DNA of 57,808 bases, counting the filler, from Sphacelaria rigidula (lineage: Eukaryota): the NCBI GenBank assembly GCA_964200075.2. It is 6 parts of 6 records of this genome, joined end to end, with 100 filler letters (N's around TTAATTAATTAA, not from the genome) between each part and the next. Parts side by side here need not be neighbours in the genome. Positions count along the whole stretch, not along the records: positions 48,258 to 57,808 come from CAXNAA020008248.1; 5 more parts are not named here. One strand, given 5' to 3'. The notes under the pieces were generated by a model. It made no database searches and was not told where the DNA came from. It saw nothing but the letters and a program-made list of their open reading frames with translations. Positions 49,584 through 57,808 of this stretch are shown here, piece after piece. The translations under genes were made by a program, and so were the position numbers. The number at the start of each line of letters is the position of its first letter. The stretch's first letter is position 1.

Positions 49584-50559
49584 AGCAACACAGCACCAGT
49601 GATCACAGGGGTACCAAATAACGCCTATCGACCCGCGTTTTCTGTCGTCGTGATGTCTACCGAAGATATTTTACATGCTGTGAAGGGGATGGGCGGCCCC
49701 GTACCGGTGGCCAGATAGGTATCAGAAGGCATATATACCGGGTCGCCTCTTCTGCCACCATATTTTCTGACCAATATATATGTACATGTATCACTTCACA
49801 TTTTTCATAACTTTGCCGAGTTTTCTCTGACGGCGAGGCTTTTTTTCCCGCGCTTTTTCTTACAGCGCACTGAGAAGGCTCAGCGGTACATTTCCGTTCA
49901 GGTTTGGGTGCCATCTAATACCTATGGCGCGTGTTCTGGCCACCGAAAGTCGCTCAAACTGGCCCTTTTTCGCAGGGTGTCGATCCCGAACCACAAAAGA
50001 TGTAGCATATCTACTCTTGCCCGCCGCGAAGAAACTTGTCACAATTCTCTTCTGAACATGGAGCGACTGCTGTTCGAAATTTCTGTTTGGTGCTATCCTC
50101 CCCTTCACATGATTTTGGTTGTCTATCTGGGTGATCGGTACTGCTGAGACGCGCATTGTGTTTCGGCAGTAATGAAACACTCGTTGCGGCAGAAGAGCTT
50201 TCGCTCTGTATCGGCATGTGGGGGCTGTGCAGGAGAAACGGATCGCGACATCGTTGCGTGACAATTCGAGGGACTTTCCGTCAGTGGTGTGAAAACAACT
50301 TCGCCTGGAAAATCTCACTGAAAAGACTTGTTCGGCGACTCAGCACCGGTTTTCGGGGCTTTTGTTCATTGTGCCACCTCGGAAAGTCTTGCTATACTTT
50401 TCTCGAGGGGAGTTTAGCGCCCTTTCCGACCTTTTTTCGTGAGCCCATCTTGACTCTTGGAAGGACTAGCGACTCATCAAACAGCCCACGAAAACCTTGG
50501 AGGTTTCTCTTGTGAAACACATACCGTCGATCTCAGGGCGGGAAAGGTCGAAAGATGCA

Positions 50560-52680
50560 TTTTGAGTTCACCGCCAAGAGAAGGACCAGGTAATGCTAAG
50601 TCATCACATCAAGTCCTTGGAAATGTAAAGGAAGAACGGGTGTGGCTCAACCTACATCAGCATTTCGTTTAGCGAGTTGTTGCGGGACAAACAAGCTTTC
50701 CTATAGCGGCGGAAAGAGTGGTTGGAGGAGCTTGTGAACGCAATCTCCTCTGCGCTCGACAACTCTGTCATCGATGTCATCGAACGGATGCAAGGGAGAA
50801 AGGAAGCATTGGGCACGCTGGCGAACGGCAAGGCTATTGGGACTGACAACCTTTGTGTCGAACTATTCAAGCCCGTTCCCACCGAGAATTCTGCCCTATT
50901 TAAGCTCCTCCACAACCTCGTGCTCACAGTGCAGCCTCAGGAAGTAGTGCCGCAGGAGAGCGATCCTTCCATAGGGGAAAAGGGGGTGTTTGATTCCACG
51001 AAGAGCTGGATTCATGGGCGTGTCAGACGCCCCAACACGCTCGCGGTGCGCTCGTAATCGGGTAAAAACGGTGTCAAGCGGTATGATCCGTGTTGTTTAT
51101 TGTAACAAGCGCGTTCGAACAACAATTAGTTGCTGCTTTCGACGGCGATTTGAAATAGAATTTCGTGAAAGGAGTTGCCGAAAATACCCCCCCTCCCCCG
51201 TCCCCCCCTACCGCAGGATGATTCACGACTGGAAAGACGCTGTCATCACGGTGCTGTTCAATAAAAAAGGCTCGCACGAGTGTGGCAACTACCGCGGCAT
51301 CTCCCTAGGACCCAACGAGGGCAAGGTGGTTCTCAAGATAGGGGCGATTCGCCTCACCGCAGATCACGAGGTGCTTTGGGCCATGCTGCACGCCGACGAC
51401 GCTAGTATCGCGTCTTGATATCAATTAAGCCTGACGAAGATTATTGTGGCCATCGTCGACGTCTGTGCGGCGTCTGGTCTCGTCGTGGCGGCTACGAAGA
51501 CAGTAACCATACACATGCACTCCCCAAACGTGAAGGCGGATGTGTTGAAGACGAAGGGGGCAGGCCAAAGGTACAAGCAAGTGGAGCCTTTTCGTCTATC
51601 TCGACGGCACCATCAACAGCAATGGCGATGTCACCACTGAGGTCAACTGCCGCATTGACCAGCCCTGGAAGTGTTTCGTCAGGTACAGCTGACCGGTATA
51701 CGACAACCCGTACATCGCCCTGGCCGAAGAGGTTCGTTTCCTGAAAGCAACAGTGATTGGCATCATGCTTCACGACCGCGTGACCTGAACGTTCTCGCCT
51801 AATCATTTCAGCCCGATGAGCAAAGCCCACCGCAAGTTCCTGCTGAGGTGCCTCAACGAGCATATCTTAACCCACAGCGCCCCCCACTACCTCATGATGC
51901 CTACCGCCAGGTTCTCGAGAGGACTGGCCGCGATTGCATCGAGGCTACCGTATCGAGGTAAATCGTATTTATACGCCGGCCACGTCGCGCGCATACACGA
52001 CGAGCGCCTCCCCAACATCGTCATGCGTGGAGGAATGATCGGAGGGGAGAAGACGGCAGGCCAATCCGCGAAACGTTAGCAACACCGTATCCCTGAGTAC
52101 TGCTTCACCTTCGGAATAGATGCGACATGATGGACGCAACTTGCCCGCAATGGTTCCGGGCGGTACCAGGTCGTAGAGAAAGGGACCAAGAAGTGCATGA
52201 TAGATTGGCCCAACGCGCACCATGCAAAAGGACCTTCTGCTGTGTTAGCACTAAAGTTCCCTCTGTGTATGTCGAAGGTCGCCGAAACGTAACCAGTAGC
52301 CCGTCAAGTAGTGAAATCGCCAGTGTGTGTCTGCCATCTTCCTCAAAATTTCCACGTTTTTCTCCGTGGATACCTGGGGATGTTGTTTGATCATGCCTTG
52401 GAGTCAATTTCGTTCATTTTACTCCTTTGACAGGCCTGGTTTGTTTGTTTCACACCCCGACTAACTCGAGGAGGGAGGATTTTCACCTCTTGTTTTCTTG
52501 ATATCCATCTCTTATTACTGCCTTCTTTTCGTGCTTTGTTTTCGGAATCTCAGACGACGACGCTCGCTGAGCGCTCCTATCTCCTGCAATGAATAGTGGT
52601 GACGGGTTCCGGAAAGGCGAGCCCATGTCTGTGACCACGGGTTCGAGAGACCGGGCTGATGTGCAAAAATGATAATGATC
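50560..52680 (+). mobile_element. Degenerate, internally deleted RTE-clade LINE (reverse transcriptase relic plus 3' UTR), interrupted by a MITE
   Basis: ELLRDK..LVNA..ALD; LANGKAIGTDNL.VELFK; VPQ|DWKDAVITVLFNKKGSHECGNYRGISL; MLHADD (the YADD position); AGHVARIHDERLPNIVM. Contains stops and frameshifts and ends in an (AAT)-like tail near 52670. Confidence 0.9.
50958..51224. mobile_element. MITE with 4-bp TSD (AGGA/ACGA) inserted in the LINE RT
   Basis: Ends GAGCGATCCTTCCATAGGGG and CCCCTACCGCAGGATGATTC; excision restores the in-frame VPQDWKD; body homologous to 12253-12487. Confidence 0.82.
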
Positions 52681-53029
52681 TCAGAAAAACACGGTAGTAT
52701 GATTTCCGCGGATGCTTGAGAACACGCTCGTCAAGTCGAACTGGGCGCACTAAAAACCAGAAGAGTGCGCTAAAATCCTCGCAGAGAGCGCGGGGACAAG
52801 TCTTTCTGACGTGGCATTAGATACGTATTTTACGCATACATGGGCCCTTGACCGTGTCCGATGCGTACGCAATAATTTTATGGAAAGAGTTCGCATATGT
52901 TTTGTCGAAAACAAGAATTCTCGCACATTACCCACATTACCCTGCATGGGCCAGCGGTCGAGAAAAAATCAGGCTGCCCGAAAAGGGCGGTATTTCGCCC
53001 CCCATTCCACCGCTGAAGCAAGGCGGAGT

Positions 53030-53155
53030 ATGAAAAAAACAAACGAACAAGGGGGAAACTCCAGTGTTGACCTTCCTCCTCTGTGCCCCCGGCTGATGCG
53101 CTCATGCATACCGAAAGGTAGACTGGCGTCCAGAATGGGTGGGATCCCAACGCAA
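53030..53155 (+). mobile_element. SINE family 1, 3' fragment
   Basis: ACCTTCCTCCTCTGTGCCCCCGGCTG..ACCGAAAGG..GGCGTCCAGAAT matches the family body. Confidence 0.7.
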
Positions 53156-55994
53156 TACGCAGCACATTCCGGGTGTGTGCGTGTGTGTGTGGGTGGGGGG
53201 GGGGTACAAGAAGAAAAGGTCACTCGTTCTCGCCATCATTGGTCCTTAATACTATTAGATAGTTCCAGGCCTTAGTGAAGGCCTCCTAATCGTATTTCAC
53301 CACCCTTTCCGACATTTCTGTCGTCTGCCGCGCCGATATCCCGGTACGCTCTACACTGACCCCCGAAAATCCCCACATTCCGACTCCACCTTTCTCCATA
53401 AGAAGTACGAATTGTTCACATCTATTTTTCAATGAGCACCTCCATGATTTTGTCTTTCAACCAACCTGAGAATAGCATCGTGAGAATCTCCGCCCGGGAG
53501 ACACCATCTGCAACGCCTAAAAGGCTTTACTTGTAGCACAGAGGAAGTACTGTTCTTCAGATATCACCATCATCAGCAACATTATTATTTTAACAGCGAT
53601 GATTACCCGAGGTCATCTGGCTGAAAACACCCGGTGGTCCCTCCCGGAATGCAGCAGCAGCATACCTACAAAAATAAATGAATACTGTGTAGCGTCTGTA
53701 GAAATCATCAAGCAGTAGATAGATGAGGGAGTTATTCAACGCGTGGATCCATCACAACGTATCTTCTTGGTCAAAACCACACGATCTGTTGTCACGAGCA
53801 GCTGCCTGCTTCATGATGCTATGATCCGTTGTTGGATCTGCGCGGACAGCCGAACAGCCGCGTTGCGTTTGGAAAATCTCTCAAGCTGTGAGTCTTTGCT
53901 GTTGCTGGGGTGGTCGGCGGCACTAGATCGCAATCAAACAAAATAAGAGGCACTCAAAAGCTCAGTGCAAAGTTTGTATATTCTAGTATGCTTGCTTTCT
54001 GTCAGCCGTGCGCTCAGATACACTCACTAAGCCATGAGCTGTAGACATTACCTATCTACAGACGGTGCGGTGTCGTAGAACCTGTGCAGCACAGCAGGCG
54101 AGGGGATGAAAAGAGCTCTTCAGTTCGAAAGCAAGTCAGTCTCCTGGGTTTGTCTGCAAACGGCGACCGCACTTCACGCCAACAGCACAACCACCGCTGC
54201 CGACACACACACACACCGTCTCAGAAGACTGTACCAAGGAAGTTCGGAAGTTGTGAGTACGGCACGTATCAAGGGTGTTCGGGGGTGGTTAATACAGTAC
54301 TCGTAGCTTACTCTATCGGTCGATGCGGTGCCGATATGTTGCTTGCCGCGGGTGCGCTAGTAATGCATCTCTCCAAACGGACAACAAAATCGCTATCCAA
54401 ACCGCCCCGCGGCCGACACGGCTGCGCCATCAATTCAACAGCGCCGCGGCACCTTCGTGTCATACTTGCCTCTTCTGCGCGCTCTGATATGGTTATGCAC
54501 ATCAATGCACTTTTGACGTTTTTTTCAAGTAGGAAGCGTTATACAAGTCATGACGCCAAGAAAACAAGGGTCCTGGCAGTCTTGCGCGAAAAAAAAAGTT
54601 TCGGAACAGAATTGTAGCTCTTTTCATCCCCTCGCGCACTACTGCAACGCCCAACCCCAGATCTAGACGCATGGACTTGTTGATTGTGGTGTACATTAGA
54701 TATCAGCGAAGTTTCAACGCATAGTAGCGACGACAGCGCGCGCACGACCTTGCCTTCTGCTCTGAGCATCTCTACCGTCGATACCGGAACGGCTTTTCTA
54801 TACATTGTCATCATCCACAGGCGGCGCCAGAACTGATATGTGTTTGCTTGCGAGCACTGCAGCCACCCAGGTGGTGATGATGCGGAAGTGAATGCGCTAC
54901 CATGTCCACATGCATATGCATTCACTCACGGTGCACAGAATCTCGGCCGCGAGATGGTCGTTTTGAGGGCATACAGACGGTACTGCCTCAAATCGGAATT
55001 TGCTCTGTTTACTTTTTTCGGGGAGGGAAAAGGGCTGTGCTCCGGTACATACACTGGCTGTGGTGTGCACGACTGGTGCACCAAGTTTCACGTTGGTGCC
55101 TGCAGCGGCGGTCGAGAACTTCACAACCCAAAATGAAGTGAAAAAATCGAAAATGGCACCGGTCAATCGTCGAAAGATACATCAGCTGCAGTTACACCGC
55201 ATAGCCCTTTAACCGAACGATACTGGCGTAACCGCTGCGCCCCTGCGGCAGCACAGGAGAGATGAGGACGAGTGCACGATTGTACTTCCAAGCACTGTGG
55301 GTTAGGCTTTGCCACATCGCCCGCCAAACGATATGCCTTCAATCATGTCGGCATTAACAGGGCATCTCGTGTTGAAATTCCCAGTGCACGTCGTATTGGA
55401 CTGCAGGCGACAGAATACTGTGCACGATTGCACCGCAGAGCACGGTAGCTTTACACACTCACACATGAGCAAAAGGGGTGCAGCACATCGCACACTTTCA
55501 TACTGTCATTTATGTGAATTTTTCAGTTTTGAAGGCGGCGCAATTGGCTGTACAAGGCATGCATGTACGAAAGTGTGTCGTGTTACTTACTCGTTGAAGT
55601 AAATAACCTAATTATTCTTCACGTGAACTGAATACATCATGCACTACCCGCCACGCGTCCTTTTGGCCTGGTGCTCTGAGCGTGGTCGCCACCTATCGGC
55701 GTTGCATTGTGCACGAGATGCACCAATGAAGAGCAACACTATTAAGACCACCCCACACGGTAACTCATCTTTTTCCGTCAGAAACCCACACCGACGGTCC
55801 CGCCTTGAGCAAAGCTTGCCACCGGTGCCACGCGCTGGGGCGGTACTCCCTTTTGTCGGGCCCGCCGCTCGTGTGAACTGTGTCTACTCCACGGCTGATA
55901 TCAGCCGAATGCTTGTCAAATGGTTCTTCCATGCGGGCATTCCGGTAGTGAACTCTTCTTTTTTTTCGCGCAAGACTGCTGTAATAGACTTCAA

Positions 55995-57013
55995 CCCTTT
56001 TGGGACCGGACCCTCACTAACACAGGGTTGACCCTGTGTTAGTGAAATAATTAAACATAAGTCTTGGAGCGACCTGCCCCATCACGGCGAGGCGAAAATT
56101 ATCGACCAGACCCGAACGACCAGCGCAGGGATTGTTGTCGAGCGTGATGCCACTTCAAATCGTGTGAGGGCCCTATCCCTGGCCCAGATGAGGCTCTCCA
56201 GGTTTCCAAGTGCAGGATGGTTGCGGCTTGGTTTGATGGTATTACTTGCACTCAGTATACCGTTCCCGAGTTTTTCTAGAGAGTGTTTTTTTGGGTTCCA
56301 AGTCTATACTAAAAGGTAGTAATTTACACCAACACAGGGTGGGCCGGAAAAACCGGGAAGTGGTGTACATGTCACCATGTGGTCATTTTCACGAGGCACA
56401 AAATCCAGGTGGGCTGTGGAAAGATAAAAGGAGCTACCGTCATGAATTCTGCGTATCCCTCTGCGGATGACGACTTGCAGTGTGCAGTCCACATGTATAA
56501 TGTATATTGTGGACGGGGATGACAAAACTGTATATAGGCGGCTGATTTTGGTAGCTGAGAATTGCCCAAAACGCGCAAGGGAGTATGCAGCGGCAGCTGC
56601 TGCTTCAGTCGGAGAGGCATACTAGACTTACTGTACTATACTGTTGTATGCATGCGCGCCGCAACGCTATATAATACCGTTGGAAGAGAATTTGCCGCAT
56701 GGAATAAAGTGGGAAATGGTGGCCCACCCCGACCACAAAGGGCTGTGTGGCAAGGTGATGGGGACAAATGCATCATCCAAAGCCACAAGTGGCGGGTGGC
56801 CCGCCGGTCGCCGCATCCTGTTGGAAGCTCTTTACCACGACTCATACTGCTTGCTACGTTAGATGTACACCACCTAATGCGCACCCTGCACCTGAAAATA
56901 GATTGGAACTTTCGGTCTTTGTCATGACCCTGCGGTTACATACGCGGATTTTCAGCAACACGCCATTCCTGACCAGCCTCATTGGTCGTTCTGGAGGCCC
57001 GGTCCCAAAAGGG
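55995..57013. mobile_element. Non-autonomous piggyBac-like element, ~1019 bp; a related left end lies at 18750-18955
   Basis: Perfect 15-bp TIR CCCTTTTGGGACCGG; flanks TCAA/TTAG (decayed TTAA). Confidence 0.78.
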
Positions 57014-57749
57014 TTAGTCAAGTTGTGCGCATGAATGAACGGGTTACCCTATGGGCGCGGAGTCCACTTTCTCGAAAAGCATAGATCCCGCACTTCTGCA
57101 TGATCTCATTTACCGTGGGGTATCGATGGTATCTTTAGAATTATGCATATTTCAGCAGCCTCGTCTTCGCAAGTTTCCAGGCTTTCGATTGGAAAACGTG
57201 AGGTCATCATCCACGGGCGCTGGTGGCTCACATCACCCAAGGGGTCCCATATCGGGGAATGGCTGCACCACCGTCACACACACACACACCCGCGGTCGAG
57301 AATGAGTAAAAGACCAAATCAAATTGGGGGAAACCTTATTCTTCCTATTTCTCCACTAGTATACGGGATTGACTGATCATTTAGATATCTCCGGGTTCGC
57401 CTCAACGTGAGCAGCCCAAAGCCGAGGAGTTTTGGTGTGTCAGGTGTTCTTGTGGCCATCGGGGAGCAAATTCGCCGACTGGAAAATGACTTTTGAGTCG
57501 CGGTGGTCACTGGAGAATGAAAACTGAGTCCCGCTGGCTTCGCAAGACCGGTTATTACCGACCTGGCACTATCGCAGTGATGCGGCCGTCATGCTGAGGA
57601 GTGCGGTGTACGACGAACAGTTATGTACTGCTACTGAATGACTGAAACGTAGATGCAGTAAGTTGATTGTGCGGTGTTGCCAGCCGACACGAAAATGTTC
57701 TGATATCAAAGACGTGCACAACGTGTGAATTGCAGATCATCACGCATGT

Positions 57750-57808
57750 CGGTCGCCCCGGTGGCTCAGTTGGTAACCTCGTAACCTTCTGATGGTTGAG
57801 TTGGGGGG
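57750..57808 (+). mobile_element. SINE family 1 head, cut by the contig end
   Basis: GGTCGCCCCGGTGGCTCAGTTGGTAACCTCG. Confidence 0.8.

Overview
Eukaryotic, intron-rich and transposon-dense DNA. It is most likely from a brown alga or related stramenopile, inferred from gene structure, intron style and the RTE-type LINE; this is not verified. The window is not one locus. It is six contigs of near-identical length (9552, 9552, 9551, 9551, 9551, 9551 bp) joined by artificial 100-bp N44-TTAATTAATTAA-N44 linkers, so nothing can be inferred across the gaps. By phase-consistent splicing I reconstructed three partial genes: a 13-exon, ~839-aa stretch of a Calx-beta/filamin-repeat/PA14 protein (632-9248), the C-lobe of a DYRK-related kinase (9936-14292) and the first actin-binding domain of a fimbrin/plastin-like protein (42602-47715). 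There is also a probable cytochrome P450 first exon on the minus strand (33118-33318). Three of the 19 reconstructed introns use GC donors. The rest is a nested mobilome: a deleted RTE LINE, two tRNA-derived SINE families, hAT-, piggyBac- and PIF/Harbinger-like MITEs, several MITE families that share one 20-bp terminal motif and 4-bp TSDs, and an unclassified ~310-bp element that repeatedly sits in C-runs. No CRISPR array, rRNA or intact tRNA was found. All alignments were done by eye.
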